The notes below the pieces were generated by a model, which was not told the DNA's origin, searched no databases, and saw only the letters and a list, made by a program, of their open reading frames with translations. From NCBI GenBank assembly GCA_000320545.1, contig ADNK01000014.1, positions 1 through 64,000 on the forward strand: a DNA stretch of 64,000 nt, given 5' to 3'. A program made the translations under genes and the position numbers. This document shows, one piece after another, positions 54,051 to 64,000 of this stretch (position 1 is the first letter of the stretch; every line of letters begins with the position of its first letter). The stretch is from Bigelowiella natans CCMP2755 (taxonomy: Eukaryota > Protista > Cercozoa).

Positions 54051-55746
54051 TGTGCGTGAGTTAATAGCATTAACACACACGCGTTTGTTTGTTGATACTT
54101 TGCTATTCTGAGCACTCAGCATTTATTTGTTGTTTTTCTTTAGCGAGGATTGAGTGATGAGCCTGTGCACCTGCGGCCTATTGCAAGCAAAATTCTCAAG
54201 ATGCTCAAAATGCAAGATTCTCGGCATGAGAAGGAAAAGATTACCCAAAGGCGAAAGACCGATATCACGAGTGGTAGTAGTAGTAGCAGCAGTAGTAGCA
54301 GCAGTAGCAGCAGGAAGAAGACGATCCTGTCCAATAAAGAGTTTGAGGCAAAACTCACCATCAACGAGTTGAGGCCAGTCTTGCATGGAAAGGGAAACGA
54401 AAACGGGGGAAATGGAGATGACACACCATCACCATCATCAAAACCACTTGCTGCTACTGCTACTGCTGCTGCCCAAGTAGCAGATGTAGGAGGAGGAGGA
54501 GGAGGAGGAGCTGAACAGAGAGTAGCATCTCCTACCCAGTCAACTCACCCCTCTTCCATTACGCACAACAAGAAGAAGAACAATAACAACAACAATATCA
54601 CCGCAAAGGCATCAGCACCTCCACCACAAGCAAAGCAAGTTGCAGCTGTAGCAGCGGTGACATCGAACAGAAGTCGGAATATTAGCAATACTCCGACTAA
54701 TGCCGGTGATAGTAGTAGTAGTAGTAGTAATAGTAGTGGTGGTAGAAGTAGTAACGTGAAGCGAGTGCTACGAGCAAGTCTGTCCGAAGATGGAACGCAT
54801 TTGACTATGGAGAACACCACTGTACCATCGTCATCATCGTCGTCGTCATCACCGCCGTCAACGACTATGATGAACAACGCGACAGCGCCTGGAAGAGGGA
54901 GGATGAGTGAGAGGAAGGACGAAGGGAAGAAGAATGCTAGTAAAGGAGGAGGAAGGAAGGGAGTCGTCTGTCCTCCATGTAGTACAACTGTTGATAGTAG
55001 GACGCAATCGCAATCGGGTGGTGGCTTTCTGAAAGGAATCTATCAATTTCCAGGAAGGAAACAAGATGCTACTGCTGCTGATAATGATGATGGAAAAAGA
55101 AGAAGTGATAGTAGTAGCAACGGTAGAGCTGTATGGAGTGTGGGCGCTACCCTTGAGGATGCACTCGCAAGCCCTTCGAGCGATAAGTTTTATAGTCTCC
55201 TCGACGATGACGACGACGACGACGACAAAGAAGGATGCCATCAAGGGGGTTCAAGCAGCGATGGTGGTGGTGATGATCACGGTGAGGAGGACGATGACGA
55301 CGAAGATGGGGAGGCGGCGAAGGCCAGGAGGTGAAATATATGTATATATATTTTTATATTATATTTGACGACCTTACATTTGTTTCCCTGCCGTCCTATT
55401 TCCAGCGTTGTAGCACTCTATGATGATATGTTAATGGTGACTTATCCTGTAAGCAAGAGCAGCGCGGGATGAAAGGACCGTCGTGTTTGCGTTGGTTCCC
55501 GGATCTTATTATTATGTTTATTACCTGTAAGGAGAGCATTCTACGAAGGGCGACGACAGAAGCTTCTGCGCAGGTCTCATCGCCTCATACAACCCTGACG
55601 TCACTGTCGTAAACTGATGACGATGCTGAGAATTGACACCGCTTCGTCTCCCTTCATCTTCATGTGGGCCTGTATCATTCTCCGCTGAAGCCGAGGGAAA
55701 ATAACTCAATTCTTTTCTTTTTTTCCCCCCCCCCCCCCCCCCCCCC

Positions 55747-55790
<44 letters not shown>

Positions 55791-56088
55791 GGGTAACAAG
55801 TTTTATGTCGATGACGACTGACAAAACGGCAGCTTTCATAAGTCCGAAGCGTAGCGACGACGAACGCTACGACGATGTGAAAAGGCAACAAGGAAAAGAC
55901 ATTTTCGACATACGGGTCCAGTCTTATTTCTTTCAATATATTTACCGCAGCTCCGAAAAATCAATAATGACGATGGTGATGATAATGATGATGTGGTGTG
56001 TGATACGGCTATTTCTGCAAGCTGCCGCGGCTTAATGATATTGATGTCGGCATAGCTTCATGTCGCGCCGCCTCTACTATTAGCAACA

Positions 56089-56128
<40 letters not shown>

Positions 56129-56679
56129 CCCCTCTCTATAGGATCGTGGAATTCGATCGAAAGCTCTGGCAGAGTACCTGCAGCCTCGTATCATAGATAT
56201 CGCTGTGAGGCAAGTCGGCGTCCCGCGTCAGATGGTGAACAGGATCATCGAGCTCATGATGTATCTCATCCATACGTTCCGCCTACAGGTCAATCAACGT
56301 TGTGCACTGACTTTGCTTTGATAAATTGAATTGATGAAGAGTCTAGGATGTTCTTCCTCTTTGCACGTCATATCATTCTCGCCCCGCTATGCAGCAGCAG
56401 CATCGGCAGCAGCAGTAGCAGCAGTAGCAGCTCGAGTATTTTTCTGAGATGTCCATCTGATACGTCGCATTTCGAACACAGACCATCCCAGGACTTGAGG
56501 AGAAAGAGTGGAAACGGATGGCATACGTGGTTTTGACGCTAATTTCGTATCGAATCCCGAAGGTACGCACGCTTCTAGTTGCTGTTGCAGAGTCAGGCTT
56601 CCAGAAGCTTGATCCAGATCTTAAGGTTTTCAATACTGAATTCAAAGTCGAAGCTTTCATAGATTCTATCCTTCGCTGA
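51536..56679 (+). CDS. RPAP2: RPAP2/Rtr1 RNA Pol II CTD phosphatase homologue with an inserted NDP-kinase-like domain
   Basis: HLLRPIHYDEVLEERQSHHICSYPGCRKTLP (52213-52317) is the first half of the Rtr1 zinc finger. VYK|VDPAKNLWFDVTEGERFCCADCATDSEIFK|RGLSDEPVHLRP is the second half. The C-terminal LIHTFRLQ|TIPGLEEKEWKRMAYVVLTLI matches the RPAP2 tail; stop TGA 56677-56679. Confidence 0.85.
52340..53410 (+). other. Group II (NME5/7-like) NDP-kinase-like domain nested in RPAP2, catalytic His absent
   Basis: KSAFVLLK|PHVVEDRKRVSAIIEKLRSSGF...VEQLVSGESIAMLV...LLQLVGPEDPEVARNTAPHSLRAIYGETIAKNAIYCSK|DVAQRDRDGRLFF, compared with the consensus T+.++KP....GF.I...SGP...GP.DP..A....P.SLRA.YG....NA+HGSD...RE+.+FF. 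Confidence 0.85.
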
Positions 56680-57461
56680 GCAAAAAAGTCTAGTGCTCCG
56701 TACGTAGGGACTCCAGTGTGAGAGGATCAGTCCACACGCGATTCGGAACCAAGGCACCAGTAATTAATCATAAGGCTCTCCGCCATGTACAAATAACTAT
56801 AATTGTATGTAGCACTGAATCTAATCCGCACTCCCATCATAGTGCTAGATGGGTGCTGCCGCATCCATTCTAGACACCGCTATATGGGATTATGTACGAT
56901 TTAGAGAACAAAATGATGATACGAGGTAGCAGTCAGCATGCATACGGCTTTGTGATTTATTGCCATTCATGCATAGTGTTGTTTTTATATGATGAGTATA
57001 TGATGTGAGTTTTTGTCGAGCAATGCCTTGCGCTTACGCATGCCATGTATGGCGAAGGCTTTAGCTGCTATATTGTGCAATTTTGATCGTATTGCTTCTA
57101 TTATTATTGCTGTAACTGTTATTGGCGTGTGCTGTCCTGCAAGATCGACATGTGTCTACTATGCTAGCGATGGCACGCTGCTCCTATACTGCATTTGTCA
57201 GCTCGGCCGCTAAGCATGTATAAAGGCACATGGCACTAGCTATAGCACAGCACATTCCGTCTTGTAAATAGCTGTCTTTGTTTTAAAAAATGCACAACTT
57301 CACTCACGCGCAATACGAGCTACATCTTACTACACGTATGCATTAAGACATACACATATAATGTAGTAAAATATATGTGCTATCTGGTCACCCAGAAAAT
57401 CTTTTCTTAATCATGTGTTAAAACGCACTTCATCTTCTTCAACTATTCTAAAGTTGTGAGT

Positions 57462-58995
57462 TCATTTCTCTGACAATGGGTGCGATATGCAAGATTCGAG
57501 GTACTTGACGATTTCTTCAAAGCCTACTATCTGCGAAGCCAAATCTTCGATATAATTTCCTAAATATATTTCGGCCATTCCCTGGTCGAGTCCGTCAAAG
57601 TGCCTGAAAAATTATTTATGCTTTTTGAGTCGTACGTAGAAGAAAATATCAGTTTCGAGCTACCGTTTAACGTTGGGCACGTATTCAGCTGCCTTCTTTG
57701 TAGTCTTTTCCGAGGGATTGCACCACATCTCGTAAGCAGTTTTCTTAATGTCTGTCTGTGAAAGGAAAGAAGGAGCCTCGGATTCAACCTGTTCCAGGTA
57801 TTTATTGTGCTCCTTAATCTCGTGGGACTCTTCATAAATTTCAAATGGGCACGCAGTCGTGATATTTTCTCCAAATCTATAGAGACTCTCGTATCTCGCT
57901 TGTTTAAGCTCCGTGACATACGACAGAATCCTCTCCTTTGGCAGGATGGCTTTTATGAGCTGTCGCAAGAATTCAGAGATTACTCGGATTGTTTCTACAA
58001 AGCCCCAATCTACATCCACTGGGAACGACTCGAGCCATGCTTTATTTGCACCATGAACAGTTTTTGATGCAGACCAAATATTTGCTGAAATCGAGGTTTT
58101 TGATATAGTCTCGACACGATGGAACCATAGAGGGGGGACATATAATAGATCGCCAGCACTCAGAGTCACAGTCATCATTCCCGATGAAGGGTCACTAAAT
58201 AAAGATTTGAAAGTCTTCTCATCCTCTAGGTCTGCAATTACATTTCGGTGTTGATGATGAAATTTGGGATATAGTTGAAGGCGTGCCCAAGCGCTTGGTG
58301 GGAGCAACGTGAAGGTTTTTGAGCCGTAGATTTGCACGAAGAAATTATGCATTTCATCAAAGTGCGTGGGAGTGACCACTCCTTTGCTTCCTATCCAAAG
58401 ATGAGCTTTTAAGATCACATCTCCAGCTTCTTTCGCCGCATCTATAGGGACCTCTTTCATGTCGAACATATCAAGGTTTATTTCCCGCCCCGCCCATACC
58501 TTTCCAAAGTGGCTAAGAGGACCAGAGAAGTATATGTACTCTTCTTCCGACCCGGCTTCGCAGCGCTCGATTGCCTCTCGAAGTTCTACACGATGCAAAG
58601 CACAACAACCCATGTGAAACACGTTTCCTGTCGAATTCTTTACGGGAATTTTGGCCTTTCCAAGCATTCCGGAAAGTGTGGTTGGAGTCCATTTAGCGCT
58701 CCGCCATCCGTTTACAGGAGAATTCTTAATCAAGGCTGGACGCATCGGCTGGGAGATGTATTGTCGGATTGAGTCACCACGTTTCCATTCGAATATAGCT
58801 AGTTGTGTATTTGCAGCTTCCTTGTTGGGGCTTCTTTCTCCTTCGACTGCTGATCAATCACATCGAATTTCAGGCGGGGGAAAGCGAAGCCATGCAATCG
58901 CACAAACCTGTCGCTGTTGCGTGAGCCTGAAGACTCGGGAAGCTTATATGGCTCCAGAGCGTCACTGCGAACATTATCGGCACCCGAGCAACCAT
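57462..58995 (-). CDS. JmjC (Cupin_8; JMJD5/FIH/HSPBAP1-like) 2OG-Fe(II) hydroxylase with putative N-terminal signal peptide, 3 exons
   Basis: LWIGSKGVVTPTHFDEMHNFFVQIYGSKTFTLLPP...LSAGDLLYVPPLWFHRVET gives an intact HxD...H triad. First exon MVARVPIMFAVTLWSHISFPSLQAHATAT (58995-58908). Last exon HFDGLDQGMAEIYLGNYIEDL...SEK*. Confidence 0.88.
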
Positions 58996-60280
58996 ACTGA
59001 TCCCCCACCTCGCTTACGAGCTGCACCTCGGTGGTGGTGGTGGTGTTGGCCTGGTCCAAATACTAGTGGAGAGATGATCGATCTCCTGCAAATCTCGGGA
59101 GTTGCTCCTAACATTTTTCGCTCACAATTCACGTGTAGATCTAGTTCTCATCATAGCCGTGATGACCTTTTTATGTACCGTACATGTACAAACCGACCAG
59201 CCGTTATCTTTCTGTGGTGACACATATTTCCTACGAACTCCACAGTCGGGAAAAAGGGAACAGTAGTGGCCCGATTTTTTTGGGTTTGTTTCTGACCAAA
59301 TGCAGTCGGGTCTTAGAGAGCAGAAGTCAATTCCCAGCAGTACAGTCGTAAAGATATTAATGGAGACGTACTCGTTGTTACCACAGATACGTGTAGTTTT
59401 AGATGATTTCCTGGACTTTTTTTGTCATACAATTTTGAATTTGCCAAACATTATTTGTCGGGGACACAACTTCACTACAACTTCATATGTATTCTCAGAT
59501 ATCAGAGCGGAAGATTAATCTTGGAAAGAAGGCAGGATAATTCAAGAATATGGAAAACATGGAGAACGGTAAACGAAAATACGTTGATTTTTTTTGCATT
59601 GGCCTCTGAGATTTGTCTTTCGATAGCTCGGAAAGATTTGCCCATTATTTATATTCAGTCAAGATGTCCGTCTTTGTAAGCGATTCGGCAGAAAAGTTCA
59701 GTAGTAATAGAGACCATTTTAGTTGATTTTTATCCAATAGAAACACCAATAAAAGAACGGAGGAGTGGTTTTCTGACGTAGGAACCCTTTTCATTGAATG
59801 CTACGACAGGTCATCAGTGGTGAAAATTGAAATATAGACTTCTCTTTTGTAGAAACTGTGGAAGTGATACAGGCCTGTAGCAAACTACAGAGCCTTAGAT
59901 AAATTTGAAGATTTTCTTAGGAGAATAATCTGATTTTTTTACTTCTCTTTTTTGTTTGCATCAGAAAAATTCAGAGTAAAACCAGGAATCTGTAGGTTTG
60001 CTTAACTTAAACTTTAGGTGATTTATCAATGAGAATGCATTTTCTGAATGTCTTCCCTTAAAATTGCCGAAAATTCAAAGCACCGACTTAGCGATAAGTT
60101 TTCAACATCGATTGCTTCAACCTGTGGCAATAACACAATACGATTTTCCCGCCACCCTCCTGCGGAAACTCTTCCTTGAACACAGTTCAATTTTTCTCCA
60201 AACTACTCTTGAAAGAGTATTTCTAACCCATCGTATACAGCTGGATAGTGTATAATTGTATACGTTCGAGTTTCTCGAAA

Positions 60281-61030
60281 ATGGAGGTTGTCCAAAGAAT
60301 GGAAGAAGATACGCTATCTCCATCCCCACGAGACGAAGTTGAGGTAAATAAGATAAAAATCTCCACGTCTCAAGGGTGCGCACTTCAGGAAAACTTTAGC
60401 ACACCTCCAAAGGATCGCAAACAGCAGTCAGTGACCAATTCTGTTTCATCCCAACTCATCGACTCTTCGGAGGACATCGAGATGAACGCAGTTGCAACCC
60501 AAGATGATGTTGAGGCCAAAAATATCTGCAATAGGCCCAACCTCCCTAGCGAGGTCTTGGACGTGATTTACTTTCTTAATTGTATCGAAAAGAGACTAGA
60601 GGGATGCAAGTCTCAAGGAGAAATGACGAGCTTTCATTCAGTCTGCCGTCCATCAATCAGTATTGGCGAATACGTCCGTCGTATTGCTGACTTCGCCAGA
60701 TGCAATCCACAAGTATTTATCCTTGCCATCATCTATATGGATCGCATCGTAAGGGTCGACGACACCCTAATAATCAACCATCTAACAATACATCGTCTGG
60801 TTCTTAGCGCTGTGGTGGTTGCGTCTAAGTACCTTGAGGATAGATACCATAGCAACGCCACCTTCGCACGGATTGGAGGGACATCTGGCGAGGAATTAAA
60901 TCTTTTGGAATTAGAATTTGTGTTCAGATTGAAGTTTGAGCTACATGTTTCTACAAAGTGCTTTGAATCGTACGCTAAGCACGTCAGCGAGTTCCGAAGG
61001 AACGCACCTAGCAGTCAACATACCTGCTAA
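60281..61030 (+). CDS. P/U-type (PHO80/CYCU-like) cyclin
   Basis: FHSVCRPSISIGEYVRRIADFARCNPQVFILAIIYMDRI...TIHRLVLSAVVVASKYLEDRYHSNATFARIGG...ELNLLELEFVFRLKFELHV. Single exon. Confidence 0.92.
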   Translation: MEVVQRMEEDTLSPSPRDEVEVNKIKISTSQGCALQENFSTPPKDRKQQSVTNSVSSQLIDSSEDIEMNAVATQDDVEAKNICNRPNLPSEVLDVIYFLNCIEKRLEGCKSQGEMTSFHSVCRPSISIGEYVRRIADFARCNPQVFILAIIYMDRIVRVDDTLIINHLTIHRLVLSAVVVASKYLEDRYHSNATFARIGGTSGEELNLLELEFVFRLKFELHVSTKCFESYAKHVSEFRRNAPSSQHTC

Positions 61031-62249
61031 AAAAGAAAATATTGTAGTCTCCTACTGACCTGTAATATAAGTTGAATGTTCAATTTAAGGGATAAATCAA
61101 AATATGAAAATATTGAGAAAAGTGATGACGTGTCGTAAAAGATTTAAGGAGAGACGTCTCATTATATTGGTCATGGAAAATTTATCATTTGAAAGGTTGG
61201 TGTTTCAGTTCCCTAGAAGTATCAGGGGGGTTAGCGGCATGGAAGATATCTGCCCAAAATCAGTTAAAACCTAACCCTGAAATGATATCGTGTCCAGCTT
61301 AATGATAAACCAGCAAATAAGTTAGTCTGATATAGATACAGTTCGAATGTACAGCAATTTATAGAACATGTTTTCCCATGTAATCGTCACTTCATTAGAT
61401 GACCCGACAAGTACGTCGGACTCTGACATAGCCATTTGGTAATGTACAAGTGTACACAGCAGTCGATCGCATGTATTGAGCACAAATTATGCAGCTCGCT
61501 TGTACATATCCTCTATCGTTTATGCCGTCATGATCTAGCTACTTTGCATACTATCTTTTCAGTAGATACACATGCTCATGCCAAAATGCACATGCTGAAC
61601 ACTGCTATACTGCACTGGCGATGACTGCAATGGCAACGTGATGTTCCGTATAGCTTTGTCATGCAACTCAGCTTAAGCTAGCTAGCGCGCATAGCTATAG
61701 GCCCACGATAGTTGTGCGTACTAGCATAGTCGATGCAGACTGGTGGAGCATGTTAATCATTGTGTAATTTTGTGCGTAGGTGGAGCTAGCTCTGGAGCTC
61801 TAGAGCTGTACTAGTGTATAGCAGCGTGCAATGCTATGAGCTACGATGCGTCACACATGGGTGTGCATTCCGCACACACGCATGCACACAATATATCAAG
61901 CTCCTACTGTCTATAGCTGTGCAGCATGGCAGTTGCGCTGGCATGGACCATGCGCATGTAGCATGTAGCGTGCAATTGGTAGCGAGTGTTCGATACTGAC
62001 TACGTGGCGTATATGTAATCATTTACTAGATTTAGCGATTTAGCACGCCACACTCGTCATGTCTATAGTGCACATATAGATGTACATTGATTGCGACCGT
62101 CCACGACAGCTATGACATCATATGTACATATATAATACGTACATCTGTTCATCATACATATATACTATACATACAAGACATGCAAAGCCACACGGACACA
62201 AATACTTTATTTTATGTATATACACATGTAAATATATATATATCTTGCA

Positions 62250-62289
<40 letters not shown>

Positions 62290-62313
62290 TTTTTTATGCA
62301 TGTATGTTTTTAT

Positions 62314-62366
<53 letters not shown>

Positions 62367-62621
62367 TATGTGTGTGTGCTGTCGACTGGTGCTGCGACGG
62401 CTGGAACAATATGCACAATATCACACTACAGCCGATCGATCGATGGACGCATAAATTGATTCGCATCGGCTATGCATGAATGTGTGGCGAAAGAGTCCTA
62501 TAATGCATATTAATACAATGATGGTATAAACAAAACGTATCTATGACAGCTATGAATATCGAAAGTTTTTGGCGTTTGATTTTATTCAAGTCATAATTTT
62601 TCTTTGAACTCTTCACGTTCG

Positions 62622-63303
62622 TCATGGTGATGAAACATGACTTTCTTTATCTTTATCGGACCCTTTATCGGATTCTCCCTTTTCCCACATGTATGGATCG
62701 AAGGACATATTCAAATCACAAGAATCAAAAGATCGTTTTTGTCGCAATTCTAAAGTTTCATTGCTTCCAGTATCCGTTCCTCTTTTCTTATGGTTCTGTT
62801 CACTTTGCTTGTTGTCCTCGTCTACCTTCATCCATTCGCCTTCCTCGATTGTATCTATTTCAATATTGAAGCTCCATTTTATAATTTCAGGCTCATGTCT
62901 GCTAAATGCACCAATTAAAGATTTGATAAGGAAGCCGAACGGGGAGGTGATGTAAAGGGTGAACGGAGAGTATCTTGATTTGCAATCTAGATCCTCATCA
63001 GAACCTATTTTTAAGCGGACCAAATAGGCACCGCATTAGCAAGTGAATATATACTAACAACCATCGAATTATAGTGTAAAATAACATGTACTTGAATGCG
63101 AGGGATGATCTGCTTCTATTCCCTTCGAATCCATAGGGTCGGCTTCTTCCATCTCGACGATAAATGCCTCAAGATGACACCGAGGAGATAATATGCTGTA
63201 TTCTCTTCCGTTTTGCTGGTGCGACAACACCGAAACAGAATTTCCAGCAAATACAAATTTGTTCCCAGAAAGTTCCCAGGCGGGAACCGTTCTTCTTGCG
63301 CAT
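62622..63303 (-). CDS. Possible hypothetical acidic protein, convergent on the cyclin gene
   Basis: Non-repetitive ORF 62622-63023 with an aaatag| acceptor near 63005, plus an upstream frame EAFIVEMEEADPMDSKG... ending at a gtac donor. No family recognised. Confidence 0.25.
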
Positions 63304-63759
63304 GGGAGGTTTTCCGTACAAAATCTAACAATATTTCACTACAGCAACAGCAGGTTGACGAGGAATCTCAATGTTCATTTTTTTCCGAAATATTTTTTTC
63401 ATATTTTACGAAGTTTTAGGGTTTAATTTAGTTCGTTCTACTGCAAAAAAATCAGCGCTTGCTCACATCACACGCTCATCCAGATCGGCACGAGACGCAG
63501 AACAACTTGTACACACCACGGAATGAGGCTCTTAACACACAACATGCTCATCAACCCGAGGTAATCTCCATTCATCTTCTACGTTTACGCTTAGACATAC
63601 GTTGAGTACATGTTCAAGTAGAACGTGTGAAGCAAATAATTGACGCACTTGTGTTGCGTGTCTGCACCTGTGTATGTATGTATGTGTGTATGTGATTTGT
63701 GACTTGCCCCCACCCCCTCCCCCCCCTATGTGTGCGTGCGTGCGTGCGTGCGTGCATGC

Positions 63760-63800
<41 letters not shown>

Positions 63801-64000
63801 TTCTGTGACCGGAATGGTCCTGAAAAGCGAAAGGAATAAGAGACCTGCTTTTATTTTCAGGAAAGGGATGGAAAGCGCATACCCACTTAAACTTTTCCCG
63901 ACTAAAGTTACAAAGGTGAATGTTTCATAATTTTTTCCTTTCTAGTAATCATAATTATGAGCATTCCCACGATCGCCTTCGTCTCAAACTCCGCAAACAT

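Larger units (their letters stand above)
1..64000. repeat. Pervasive microsatellites: (CA)n, (GA)n, (TA)n, (GAT)n, (GAG)n, (GAA)n, (GTA)n, poly-G/C
   Basis: Directly visible, e.g. 30-62, 3923-3962, 4550-4585, 18483-18530, 43720-43790, 62320-62362. Mostly in introns, but also giving poly-S/G/D/N/Q tracts in exons. Confidence 0.98.

Noticed and set aside
59300-60255. Short ORFs between the JmjC and cyclin genes
   Set aside because: No motifs or convincing splice chain; more likely promoter, 5' UTR or UTR intron.
61225-61280. Telomere-like words (ggggttag, cctaaccct)
   Set aside because: Isolated single copies, not a tandem array.
1-64000. Numerous ORFs with CVCVCV, HTHTHT, YIYIYI, poly-L, poly-M or poly-H
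   Set aside because: These are translations of intronic microsatellites.
1-64000. Reassigned stop codons or an alternative genetic code
   Set aside because: The in-frame stops I checked in conserved genes are removed by ordinary introns, and TAA, TAG and TGA all end genes.
1-64000. CRISPR arrays, transposase/RT genes, tRNA or rRNA genes
   Set aside because: I saw no repeat-spacer periodicity, TIR/LTR pairs, TE protein motifs or RNA-gene signatures. Small intronic ncRNAs cannot be excluded by eye.

Overview
Gene-dense eukaryotic nuclear DNA with many short spliceosomal introns (GT-AG, rarely GC-AG) full of microsatellites. The style suggests a protist, possibly a chlorarachniophyte, but that is inference only. 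Most ORF-track entries are microsatellite or antisense artefacts, so I rebuilt genes by manual splicing and exon ends are approximate. Recognisable genes: a TAF1C/Rrn6-like Pol I factor (+); a degenerate RhoGAP probably spliced into one gene with an ABRA/STARS-type Costars domain (+); LRRC9 (+); a SAM domain fused to a bacterial-type circularly permuted ATP-grasp ligase (-); an orphan 7TM protein (+); MFSD5/MOT2 (+); an ankyrin-repeat protein (-); RPAP2/Rtr1 with a whole pseudo-NDP-kinase domain inserted inside its zinc finger (+); a JmjC hydroxylase with a possible signal peptide (-); and a P/U-type cyclin (+). The best candidates for novelty are the RPAP2::NDK insertion, the SAM-CP-ATP-grasp ligase and the pseudo-RhoGAP-Costars fusion. 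Family assignments rest on remembered motifs; no searches were run.
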